DNA from: Pseudomonadota bacterium
Lineage (GTDB): Bacteria > Desulfobacterota > Desulfobacteria > Desulfobacterales > JBDRRP01
Direction of reading: 5' to 3'
Length of the DNA stretch: 64,000 nucleotides
Assembly (NCBI GenBank): GCA_043825735.1
Contig: JBDRRP010000022.1
Coordinates: forward strand, 69,231 to 133,230
In this document: positions 33,346 to 42,367 of the stretch, piece by piece
Position numbering within the stretch: the stretch's first letter is position 1
Layout: every line of letters begins with the position of its first letter
Program-made: the position numbers and the translations under genes
Notes under the pieces: generated by a model
The model's database searches: none
Told to the model about the DNA's origin: nothing
The model's input: only the letters and a program-made list of their open reading frames with translations

Positions 33346-33644
33346 ATTATTCTCCCTGCTGGGTGGAATATTCTTTGTATTAAAGCATATCATTTCAGCC
33401 GGTCAAGGGCTGGCAACAATAAGCGGCCATTATCTGATTCCAATGGTGCGTGCACTCTCCGTGAAATTGGATTGGCTCCGGCCATAGGGCTGCGGCATTG
33501 CGGCCGGATCGTCGGTGATCCGCTCGCCCAATGCGTTGACATTCCTTAAGCGATTCTTAATACTTTACAAACTCATATTCCGGGGGAAACGGGATGCTGG
33601 GTGTTCCGGTGCCCCGAACCGTATCCGTGAAAGCGAATCGCATC

Positions 33645-34775
33645 ATGGCCAAACGCATTTTCCTTGTCATCCTCGGACTACTTCTGGTGGTCGGCACAAT
33701 CGGCGGCATCAAGGCGCTCCAGATCAAGCGCATGATCGCCCATGGAAAACAGTTCGTCCCGCCGCCGGTAACGGTGACAACGGCAACGGTGGGCCGCTTT
33801 TCCTGGGAATCACGGCTTTCATCGGTTGGATCATTGACTGCGGTGCAGGGAATCACGGTCACCGCCGAGCTCACCGGCAAGGTGGTGCGCATCGGGTTCG
33901 AATCGGGTGCGCCGGTCAAAGCCGGAGACCTGCTTGTTCAGCAGGACACCACCTCGGAAGCAGCGCAACTGCGCGCTGCCGAAGCGTCGGCGGCGCTCGC
34001 CAGGAGCAACTTCGAGCGCATCCGTGAGCTGCTGCCTGAAAAAGTCGCCACACCGGCCGATTTCGACAAGGCCCAGGCGCAGTTCAAGGAAGCCCTGGCC
34101 CAGGTGGACGGCATTAAGGCGGTCATCGACAAAAAATCCATCCGCGCCCCGTTTGCCGGGCGGCTGGGAATTCGCATGGTCAATCTGGGGCAGATCCTCA
34201 ACGATGGCAATCCCATCGTTTCGCTTCAGATGCTTGACCCGATTTTCGTGAACTTTTCCCTGCCGCAGCAGTATCTGGGACAGGTACTTCCGGGCATGAC
34301 CGTACGCCTGAGCACCGATGCCCTGCCCGGTCGCGACCTGTCGGGAACGATCACGGCCATCAACCCTGAAATCGACCCGGCCACGCGCAACGGCCGCCTG
34401 CAGGCCACCCTCGCCAATCCCGACGAACGCCTGCATCCGGGGATGTTTGTTACCGTAAATGTCGTTCTGCCGCAGAGTGAAGCGGTTCTTGCCATTCCAG
34501 CGACCGCTGTGCTGTATGCGCCATACAGCGATTCCGTATTCGTGGTCGATGAAAAACAGGTCGAATCCGGAGCGCTTCCGGGCAAGGTCCTGCGGCAGCA
34601 GATCGTCCGGACAGGAGAAAAGCGCGGTGATTTCGTGGCGGTGCTCTCCGGCCTTAAGGAAAACGAGACCGTGGTGAGCACCGGCGTGTTCAAGCTGCGA
34701 AACGGCCAGGCGGTCGTTGTGGACAATCAGCTATCGCCTGAATTCAGTTTGACGCCGACGCCGAAAGACAACTGA
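33645..34775 (+). CDS. Efflux RND transporter periplasmic adaptor (MFP) subunit
   Basis: MAKRIFLVILGLLLVVG anchor. HlyD_D23-type features (VKAGDLLVQQD, coiled coil, IRAPFAGRLGIRMVNLGQ, barrel and MP domains). Confidence 0.85.
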   Translation: MAKRIFLVILGLLLVVGTIGGIKALQIKRMIAHGKQFVPPPVTVTTATVGRFSWESRLSSVGSLTAVQGITVTAELTGKVVRIGFESGAPVKAGDLLVQQDTTSEAAQLRAAEASAALARSNFERIRELLPEKVATPADFDKAQAQFKEALAQVDGIKAVIDKKSIRAPFAGRLGIRMVNLGQILNDGNPIVSLQMLDPIFVNFSLPQQYLGQVLPGMTVRLSTDALPGRDLSGTITAINPEIDPATRNGRLQATLANPDERLHPGMFVTVNVVLPQSEAVLAIPATAVLYAPYSDSVFVVDEKQVESGALPGKVLRQQIVRTGEKRGDFVAVLSGLKENETVVSTGVFKLRNGQAVVVDNQLSPEFSLTPTPKDN

Positions 34776-34803
34776 CTAACAGCGCTGCTCCGGTGTGATG
34801 ACC

Positions 34804-37800
34804 ATGCGATTTACAGACATTTTCATTCGGCGTCCCGTTCTGGCCCTGGTGGTCAACCTGGTCATCGTTATCGCCGGCCTCCAGGCGATACGCTCGCTCA
34901 ACATACGCCAGTATCCCCGCAGCGATAACGCGACGGTCACGGTGACGACCGTCTATGTGGGCGCGAGCGCAGAACTGGTGCGCGGTTTCATCACCGTCCC
35001 CCTGGAACGGGTGATTGCGGCGGCCGACGGCATCGACTATCTCCAGAGCCAGAGCGCGCAGGGCGTTTCCACTATCAGCGCCCGGCTCAAGCTCAATTAT
35101 GATCCCATTAAGGCCCTGTCGGAAATCAGTTCCAAGGTGGACCAGGTCCGCAGCGATCTGCCGCCGGAGGCGGAAGTGCCGGTGATCAACGTGGTATCGG
35201 CCGACAGCCAGTTCGCGTCGGCCTATCTCAGCTTCACCGCAGACGGGCTCCAGCAGAACCAGATCACCGACTTTCTCGTTCGCGCGGTGCAGCCGCGGCT
35301 TTCGGCGCTGCCGGGCGTTCAGCGCGCCGATATTCTCGGCGCCCGCACATTCGCCATGCGCATCTGGCTCGATCCGGAGCGCATGGCCGCCCACAACATC
35401 AGCCCGGCCCAGGTACGCCGGGCCCTGGCGGCCAACAACTATCTTGCCGCCGTGGGTGAGACCAAGGGGGCGCTGGTTCAGGTCAACCTGACCGCCAACA
35501 CGGATCTGCAGTCGGTGGCCGAGTTCAAGCGCCTGGCCATTCGGGAGCAGGGGGGGGCCGTCGTGCGGCTGGAAGATATCGGCGAGGTTGTCCTGGGGGC
35601 CGAGGACTATGATGCCGAAGTTCATTTTTCCGGTCAGACCGCGGTGTTCATGGGTATCTGGCCGCTGCCCAACGCCAACGCCATCGATGTCATTGGCCGC
35701 GTTCAAAAGGAAATGACGGCCATCCAGGCAGGGCTGCCCAGCGGCATGACAGGCCGTGTGGCCTACGACGCCACCAATTACATCCGCACTGCCATCAAGG
35801 AAGTCGTCAAGACGCTGAGCGAAACCCTGCTCATCGTCGTGGTGATCATCTTCCTCGTTTTAGGGTCGATCCGGACCGCGTTGATACCCGTGGTGGCCAT
35901 CCCGCTGTCTCTGATCGGCGCCGTGTTTCTCATGCAGGTGTTCGGCTTCACCGTCAACCTGCTCACCCTTCTGGCCATCGTGCTGTCGGTGGGGCTGGTG
36001 GTGGACGACGCCATCGTGGTGGTGGAAAACGCCGAACGGCATCTGAGCGATGGGTTGTCGCCCTTTGAGGCCGCCATCAAGAGCGCCCGGGAGCTGGTCA
36101 ACCCCATTATCTCGATGACCATCACGCTGGCGGCGGTTTACGCGCCCATCGGTCTTCAGGGCGGGCTCACCGGGGCGCTGTTTCGGGAGTTCGCCTTTAC
36201 CCTGGCCGGCGCCGTGACCATCTCCGGCGTGGTGGCTCTGACGCTGTCTCCCATGATGTCCTCGGTATTCATGAAGCCGGGACTGGAAGAGCGCGGTCTT
36301 GCCGGTAAAATCAGCCGGGATTTCAAGCGCATTCGCGCCCTCTATGGTCGCCTGTTGGACGCCACGCTCAACACCCGTCCGGCCGTCTACTTGGTCTGGA
36401 TCGTCATCAGCGGGCTCACCATCCCCATGTTCATCATGTCGCCCCGGGAACTGGCACCGGCCGAGGACCAGGGGGTCATCTTCGGGATCATCGATGCGGC
36501 GGCCAATTCGACCCTGGACCAGAACAGCCGGTATGCGGCCGCGGTCAACCAGGTGTATTTCAGCTTTCCCGAGACCCGGTTCTCCTTCCAGATGACCATG
36601 CCCTCATCCGGCTTTGCCGGGATGGTGGTCAAACCCTGGGACGAGCGCAAGCGCACCATCTTTCAGCTGCTGCCGCTGGTTCAGGGCAAGTTGGCCGCGA
36701 TTCCGGGCGCCCGGGTGCTGGCAGTGACACCGCCGGCACTGCCTGGCGGGGGGCAGTTTCCGGTCGAGTTTGTCCTGGCTTCCACGGCTGAACCGGAACG
36801 GATCCTGGCGCTGGCCCAGCAGCTCCAGTTCAAGGCCATGAAGAGCGGGCTCTTTGCCTTTCCGCCCATTATCGATCTCAAGATCGACCAGCCCCAGAGT
36901 GAGTTGGTCATCAACCGGGATAAAGTAACCGATCTCGGACTCGACCTGCAGGCGGTGGGCGGCGATCTTTCGGCCATGCTGGGCGGCAACTTTGTCAACC
37001 GCTTCAACATCGGCGGCCGCAGCTATAAGGTCATCCCCCAGATTCGGCGCCTGGATCGGCTCAATCCAGACCAGCTTAAAAACATTTATGTCACCGGACC
37101 CGCTGGTGAGATGGTGGCGCTAAGTACTTTCGCCACCGTGCGAAACACCACCGTGGCGCGCTCTCTGAACCGCTTCCAGCAGCTCAACGCCGTCACGATC
37201 AGCGGCGTGTCGATTCGCCCCCTTGACGAGGCCCTGCGGTTTCTCGAAGACGAAGCGGGTAAAATCCTGCCCAAGGGCACGGTGATCGACTACACGGGCG
37301 AATCTCGCCAGCTGAGGACCGAAGGCAACACCTTCATCCAGGCCTTTGGGCTGGCCGTGGTGCTGATTTTTCTGGTACTGGCCGCCCAGTTCAACAGCTT
37401 TAGAGATCCCTTCGTCATTCTGGCCGGATCGGTGCCGCTGGCCATGTTCGGAGCGTTAGTGTTCACTTTTCTTAAGATGCCCGACCCCAATGTGGCCTTC
37501 TGGACGAAGGGCTGGACCACGACCCTCAACATTTACTCCCAGGTGGGTCTGGTGACGCTGGTGGGTCTGGTTTCAAAAAACGGCATTCTCATCGTCGAGT
37601 TCGCCAACAAGCTTCAGGAGACCGAGGGGCTGAGCAAGCGTGCTGCGGTGCACGATGCGGCCCTCACCCGTCTGAGGCCCATCCTCATGACCACCGGTGC
37701 CACCATTGCCGGTCATTTTCCATTGACCCTGGTGAGCGGCGCCGGCGCCGCCGCACGAAATTCCATCGGTCTGGTGCTCGTGGGCGGAATGGCCATCGGT

Positions 37801-37941
37801 ACGCTGTTCACTCTTTTTGTCATCCCATCCATCTACATGCTCATCGCCCGTGATCATGCCAAGGACCGGGAGCGGGACCGGGCGCGCCGCGTGAGTGACG
37901 CTGCCGGCGGCGATGCGATCCCGGCCGGCGACGGGGCTTGA
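34804..37941 (+). CDS. Efflux RND transporter permease (AcrB/MdtB superfamily)
   Basis: MRFTDIFIRRPVLALVVNLVIVIAGLQAIRSLNIRQYP... 12-TM architecture with two large periplasmic loops. About 1045 aa. Confidence 0.9.
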   Translation: MRFTDIFIRRPVLALVVNLVIVIAGLQAIRSLNIRQYPRSDNATVTVTTVYVGASAELVRGFITVPLERVIAAADGIDYLQSQSAQGVSTISARLKLNYDPIKALSEISSKVDQVRSDLPPEAEVPVINVVSADSQFASAYLSFTADGLQQNQITDFLVRAVQPRLSALPGVQRADILGARTFAMRIWLDPERMAAHNISPAQVRRALAANNYLAAVGETKGALVQVNLTANTDLQSVAEFKRLAIREQGGAVVRLEDIGEVVLGAEDYDAEVHFSGQTAVFMGIWPLPNANAIDVIGRVQKEMTAIQAGLPSGMTGRVAYDATNYIRTAIKEVVKTLSETLLIVVVIIFLVLGSIRTALIPVVAIPLSLIGAVFLMQVFGFTVNLLTLLAIVLSVGLVVDDAIVVVENAERHLSDGLSPFEAAIKSARELVNPIISMTITLAAVYAPIGLQGGLTGALFREFAFTLAGAVTISGVVALTLSPMMSSVFMKPGLEERGLAGKISRDFKRIRALYGRLLDATLNTRPAVYLVWIVISGLTIPMFIMSPRELAPAEDQGVIFGIIDAAANSTLDQNSRYAAAVNQVYFSFPETRFSFQMTMPSSGFAGMVVKPWDERKRTIFQLLPLVQGKLAAIPGARVLAVTPPALPGGGQFPVEFVLASTAEPERILALAQQLQFKAMKSGLFAFPPIIDLKIDQPQSELVINRDKVTDLGLDLQAVGGDLSAMLGGNFVNRFNIGGRSYKVIPQIRRLDRLNPDQLKNIYVTGPAGEMVALSTFATVRNTTVARSLNRFQQLNAVTISGVSIRPLDEALRFLEDEAGKILPKGTVIDYTGESRQLRTEGNTFIQAFGLAVVLIFLVLAAQFNSFRDPFVILAGSVPLAMFGALVFTFLKMPDPNVAFWTKGWTTTLNIYSQVGLVTLVGLVSKNGILIVEFANKLQETEGLSKRAAVHDAALTRLRPILMTTGATIAGHFPLTLVSGAGAAARNSIGLVLVGGMAIGTLFTLFVIPSIYMLIARDHAKDRERDRARRVSDAAGGDAIPAGDGA

Positions 37942-38060
37942 ACCTTTAGAAAGGCTCAATACTCAATGATCGATTCTCACTGCGGTGTCGCTACGCTCCG
38001 GTGTTTTTTTTAAATGCCAGCATGTTTGACTTGAGTGTTGAGAATTGAAAATTTATAGCC

Positions 38061-38188
38061 CTGTAAAAAGCCTGAAATTACCACAGAGGACACAGAGAGC
38101 GCAGAGATAGGTTCTAATTAGTTGGGATATCCTCTGCGTTACTCTGCGGTCTCTGTGGTTTAAAATCACTTTTTGCGGTTTTATCGAC
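38061..38188. repeat. Modular hairpin repeat, CACAGAG-type, between convergent RND and TolC genes
   Basis: CTGTAAAAAGCCTGAAATTACCACAGAGGACACAGAGAGCGCAGAGA ... CTCTGCGTTACTCTGCGGTCTCTGTGGTTTAAAATCACTTTTTGCGGTTTTATCGAC. Confidence 0.85.
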
Positions 38189-38221
38189 ATTGAGTCTCTA
38201 AGTCTCTCCGCTTTTCTCCAG

Positions 38222-39541
38222 TCAACGTTTGCCCACCGCTTCGTCCAGATCCGCGCGGGCGACCCCGCTGCCGTAGAGGGCCTGGTAGAAGCCGGTTTCG
38301 GCGCGGCTCAGGTAGGTGCGCGCGTCCAGGACTTCGGTAGAGGTGGTCAGCTGCTGCCGAAAGCGCAGGTTTGTGATGCGCCAGTGCTCCCGGGCCTGGC
38401 CGAGTGCTGTGCGCATGGTGATGATGTTCCTGTCGGCCACATCCAGGTCGAGCCAGGCCTGCTGCACCTGGAGACGGGCCCCGTCTTTAAGCCGTTCCAG
38501 CGCCTTTTCGATGGCCCGCTGCTCAGAGCGGGCCCGGGCGACCCGGGCACGGGTTTTTCCCGCCTCGAAGAAGACCCACCGGGCCTGAACGGCAATGCTG
38601 GCGTTGTACTGATTGCCGTAGTCGTTGGTTCTTGCCATGAAATCATCGCCGTCCTGCTGGTATTTACCCGTGAGATCGAGGCGGGGATAGTAGTCGCTTT
38701 GAGCCAGACGGATTTCTTCGCTTCTGGCGGCGGCGGCCCGTTCGAGCACGGAGATGTCCGGGCGATTAGACAGCGCTTCGGCCACCAGGGCGTCCAGACT
38801 GGCGATGCCTTCCGGGGTAGCCTCCGCGACATCCGCCACCCGGGTATCGGCATCGTAGTCTCTGCCGAGCACGACGTTGAGAGTGCTTTTGGCGCTGCGC
38901 ACCCGGGCCGTTGCGCGCGCCAGCTCCTGAACGGCTTCGGCCCGCGCCACCTGGGCCTTGAGCAGGTCGTTTAAGGGGATGAGGCCCTGCTCATGGAAGC
39001 GCTTAGCATCATCCTCGTGGGCAGCCAGGTTTGTTTCGGAGGCTTGCGCGACCTCATGGACCTTCATGGCCATCAGCAGCCCGAAATAGGCGTGCTTCAC
39101 CTGTTGTGCGAGGGCCAGTTCGGTCTGCCGGGCCTCCAGCTCGCGGGTTTCGAGCCCCAGTTGCGCGATCTGGTGGCGGGCGGTAATGGCAAATCCGGTA
39201 AAGAGCGGCTGGCTAAGGCTCACCTCCCAGTGCTGCTGCTGGGTGGAATTGATCACCGCCTTGCGCCCGGCAAGGACAACATAGGGGTCTTCGGCGAACC
39301 TCTGGTAGCTGTATGCGGCGGACGCTTTTGGAAAGTAGTCCGCACGCGTTTCATCGGTGCCGGCGGCGGCCGCATTCCGCACGGCCTCGGCTTGGGCCAT
39401 CTGGGGGTTGTTCATCAGGGCTTCGGCAACGGCTTCATCCAGGGTGATTTCTTCTGCGGCGGCAACACCCCCGGCCAGAAGTGCCGCAAAGAGTGAGAGC
39501 ATCAGCAGCCTGATAGCGGGCGTTTTCCCATTTTGATTCAT
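38222..39541 (-). CDS. TolC-family outer membrane efflux protein
   Basis: ATG 39541 follows an AAGAGGTG RBS (track start 39550 is a GTG). Signal peptide, then tandem OEP repeats (LTLDEAVAEALMNNPQMAQAEA..., LDALVAEALSNRPDISVLERAAA...). Confidence 0.85.
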   Translation of the reverse strand: MNQNGKTPAIRLLMLSLFAALLAGGVAAAEEITLDEAVAEALMNNPQMAQAEAVRNAAAAGTDETRADYFPKASAAYSYQRFAEDPYVVLAGRKAVINSTQQQHWEVSLSQPLFTGFAITARHQIAQLGLETRELEARQTELALAQQVKHAYFGLLMAMKVHEVAQASETNLAAHEDDAKRFHEQGLIPLNDLLKAQVARAEAVQELARATARVRSAKSTLNVVLGRDYDADTRVADVAEATPEGIASLDALVAEALSNRPDISVLERAAAARSEEIRLAQSDYYPRLDLTGKYQQDGDDFMARTNDYGNQYNASIAVQARWVFFEAGKTRARVARARSEQRAIEKALERLKDGARLQVQQAWLDLDVADRNIITMRTALGQAREHWRITNLRFRQQLTTSTEVLDARTYLSRAETGFYQALYGSGVARADLDEAVGKR

Positions 39542-39555
39542 TGCAGTCACCTCTT

Positions 39556-40677
39556 TTACTCCAGGGTCTTTCTGAATTTGACCACGGCCAGGCTCAGGAA
39601 ACCGGCAGCCAGCGCGGCCTGGATGCCGATGGCCCCCCAGAGCGTGCTGAAGCCAACGCCCTTGACCACAATGCCGTGAAGAATTTGCAGAAACCAGCGC
39701 ATGGGGTTGAGCAGGGTGATCACCTGCACCGCCTGCGGCATGTTGCGGATGGGGAAGATGAATCCGCTGAGCAAAATCGAGGGCATCAGGATCAAAAACG
39801 CGGTGAGCAGCGCCTGCTGCTGGGTTCTGGACGTTACGCTCACCAGCAGGGCCAGGCCCAGGTTGCCCAGCATGTAGATGCCGGCCGTGAAGTAGAGCAG
39901 CACCAGACTGCCGTGCACCCGGATGTCGAAGAGCGCGAAGGCGATGATAAACATCAGGCTCATGGTGATATAGCCGGTGATGAGAAACGGCAGCGTCTTT
40001 CCAAGGATGAACTCGGTGCGCCGGATGGGGGTCACCATCACCTGTTCGATGGTGCCGATTTCCTTCTCCCGGACGATGGCAAGACTCGTGAGTACCAGGC
40101 CGATGAGGATGAGCATGACGGCGATGAGTCCGGGAACAAAGTAGTATTTGCTTTCCAGGTTCGGGTTGAACCAGGCGCGGGTGCGAAACGTGACCTGCTC
40201 GGGGGTGATGCCGGCGGCCGCTGCCCGTTGCCGGAGAAGGGTCTCATTGATCCGCTGCACCGCCTGGCTGGCGTAGTTGACGGTGATGGCCGTGTCGTTT
40301 CCCATGGTCCCGTCGGTGATGAACTGGAGGCGCGCGCTGCGGCCGGCGCGCACGTCGGCGCCGTAGCCGGTGGGAATGCGCACTACGGCGAGCGCCTTGC
40401 CGGTGTCCAGATATTCCTGAACGCCCCGGTCCGAGCGAAGGGTGTCAATGATTTCGAAATACCCGCCGGCAGTGAATGCGGACACCAGTTCCCGGCTTTC
40501 GGGCGTGTTGTCCGGATCGACCACCACGGTGCGGATGTCTTTGACGTCCGTGGTCAGGGCAAATGCCAGCACCGTGAGCTGAACCAGGGGCATCACCAGC
40601 ACCACCGCCCGCATCCGGACATCCCGGAACATGTGCAGGAACTCTTTGATCAGCATCTGCTTGAGCCGGTATTTCAC
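39556..40677 (-). CDS. ABC-2 type transporter permease (YbhR/YbhS-like)
   Basis: 373 aa. Cytoplasmic N-terminus, large periplasmic loop, and five C-terminal TMs typical of ABC2_membrane_3. Confidence 0.8.
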   Translation of the reverse strand: MKYRLKQMLIKEFLHMFRDVRMRAVVLVMPLVQLTVLAFALTTDVKDIRTVVVDPDNTPESRELVSAFTAGGYFEIIDTLRSDRGVQEYLDTGKALAVVRIPTGYGADVRAGRSARLQFITDGTMGNDTAITVNYASQAVQRINETLLRQRAAAAGITPEQVTFRTRAWFNPNLESKYYFVPGLIAVMLILIGLVLTSLAIVREKEIGTIEQVMVTPIRRTEFILGKTLPFLITGYITMSLMFIIAFALFDIRVHGSLVLLYFTAGIYMLGNLGLALLVSVTSRTQQQALLTAFLILMPSILLSGFIFPIRNMPQAVQVITLLNPMRWFLQILHGIVVKGVGFSTLWGAIGIQAALAAGFLSLAVVKFRKTLE

Positions 40678-40680
40678 AGA

Positions 40681-41826
40681 CTATCCTTCCAGTTTCAGCC
40701 GCATTTTTTTATGTGCCAGCACCACCATCACCCCGCCGTAGACGGTCAACAGCAGCGCGTTGAGCCAGAGGATTTCGAGACCGACGCCTTTGAGAAAGAT
40801 GCCCCTCAGCATGGCGATGAAGTAGCGGGCCGGAACGATATAGGTGATCGCCTGGATCGCCAGCGGCATGTTGTGGATGCCGAAGACAAAACCCGAGAGC
40901 ATCAGCGTGGGCAGGTAGCCCGAAAACAGGGCGATCTGGTTGGCCAGCACCTGGGTTTTTAAAACGATGCTGAGCAGCAGCCCGAGAAACAGCGCTCCGG
41001 TGAGAAACACCGATGCCATGGAAAACAGCAGCGCCGGGTTGCCCCGCAGGGGGACGTCGAAAATCCATCGCCCCATGACCACGGCCACAGCCACATCGGT
41101 GAGTCCGATCACGAAATAGGGCACCACCTTGCCGATGACCAGCTCCGGCACCCGGATGGGGGTGCTGATGAGCTGCTCCATGGTGCCGGTCTCCCACTCC
41201 CGGGCCACGGTGACGCTGGTGAGCATGGCGGCGATGACCACCATCACCAGTGCGATGATGCCAGGGATGATCACGTTGCGGCTGCGCATTTCAGGGTTGT
41301 ACCAGGCCCGGGGCTCCATGACGACGGGCAGCCCCCCGGCGCTCAAGCCCCGGTCGTTCAGGCGTTGAGCCAGAAGCCGGCTGTTGAAGATCTGGCCGAT
41401 GGCCGTCACGTATCCCATGGCCAGGCTGGCGTTGTTGGCGTCGGCGCCGTCGACGATGGCCTGGACCACCGACGGGCGGCCGGCGCGTACCGCGTCGGAA
41501 AAATCCCCGGGGATGACCATGGCCACCATGGCCTGGCCGCTGTCGATCAGGGCCTTCAGATCCCGGTAGGTGTCCACGCTGTGAGTGATCGAAAAATAGG
41601 GGGAGCCGTTGTAGAGGCTGAGCAGCTCGCGGCTTTCCGCCGTCCGGGACTGGTCCCAGACTGCCGTGGGGACATCGGTCAGATCCATGGTCAGGGCATA
41701 GCCGAACAGGGCGATGAGCAGGATGGGGATGGCGATGGAGAGCACCAGACTCCGCCAATCGCGGATCACGTGGATGAATTCCTTCCGGGCAACGGCCCAC
41801 AGCCGTCTATGATTGATGCCGGTCAT
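40681..41826 (-). CDS. ABC-2 type transporter permease (YbhS/YbhR-like)
   Basis: Start MTGINHRRLWAVARKEF follows an AGGAAG RBS (track GTG at 41880). Same architecture as the downstream paralogue. Confidence 0.8.
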   Translation of the reverse strand: MTGINHRRLWAVARKEFIHVIRDWRSLVLSIAIPILLIALFGYALTMDLTDVPTAVWDQSRTAESRELLSLYNGSPYFSITHSVDTYRDLKALIDSGQAMVAMVIPGDFSDAVRAGRPSVVQAIVDGADANNASLAMGYVTAIGQIFNSRLLAQRLNDRGLSAGGLPVVMEPRAWYNPEMRSRNVIIPGIIALVMVVIAAMLTSVTVAREWETGTMEQLISTPIRVPELVIGKVVPYFVIGLTDVAVAVVMGRWIFDVPLRGNPALLFSMASVFLTGALFLGLLLSIVLKTQVLANQIALFSGYLPTLMLSGFVFGIHNMPLAIQAITYIVPARYFIAMLRGIFLKGVGLEILWLNALLLTVYGGVMVVLAHKKMRLKLEG

Positions 41827-41894
41827 GAGGCTTCCTTTTTCCCGGATATCCATAATGCTCCAGTGCCTAAGACGTTTCACTGAGGGTTGATTTT

Positions 41895-42367
41895 ATCGGT
41901 ATTCGAAATCGGTATCGAAATCGATTTAGGCTCATCCTTATTGTGTTTCCTGTTCCGGTCGACGCCTTCCGATACCGATAGCGATTCCGATTTCGATTTG
42001 GATGGTTCACCCCGCAGCAAAGCGGTCGATCGGTCCGTTGAAAATTGATCATTAAACATTGATGGCCCCGAAAAAACGGGGCTTCTCGCAAAGCCGCAAA
42101 GACCGCAAAGCTAAGGCGCTGATGCTAAAAATATTTTACGCTTATACATAATGCTCCAGTAGGTCTCTTCCCACAGTGATGTTGAATCACGGATTCATTG
42201 AGGGCACGGAGATTTTATAATTCATATCTCCCGCAGAGGCGCAGAGGCGCAGGAAAAAGCACTCGCGCAATTCAATTTCCCGCAGTTCTCTGCGTCTCCG
42301 CGCCTCTGCGCGAGAAATATTTTTCTTGGCGTATGTGGCGCCTCTGAGAGAAAATCGCTTTTTCACG
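41895..42367. repeat. Stack of three hairpin repeat modules inside the ABC efflux operon
   Basis: 41895-42000: ATCGGTATTCGAAATCGGTATCGAAATCGAT / CCGATACCGATAGCGATTCCGATTTCGAT inverted repeat. 42066-42140: CGCAAAG-type partial copy preceded by the CCCCGAAAAAACGGGG hairpin. 42181-42367: CGCAGAGGCGCAGAGGCGCAGG / CTCTGCGTCTCCGCGCCTCTGCGCG module ending in CGCTTTTTCAC at the ATPase stop. Confidence 0.85.

Noticed and set aside
37941-38060. Run of eight T at about 38003-38010 after the RND permease, considered as an intrinsic terminator
   Set aside because: I could not find a convincing GC-rich stem immediately upstream. The flanking CGGTG motifs are direct repeats, not inverted ones. The adjacent hairpin repeat is a more plausible transcript end.
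41867-42091. Small ORFs (74 and 60 aa, minus strand) between the ABC ATPase and permease genes
   Set aside because: They are translations of the CGAAATCGGTATCG palindromic repeat (RNRNRYRYR-type peptides). This is a repeat artefact, not coding sequence.
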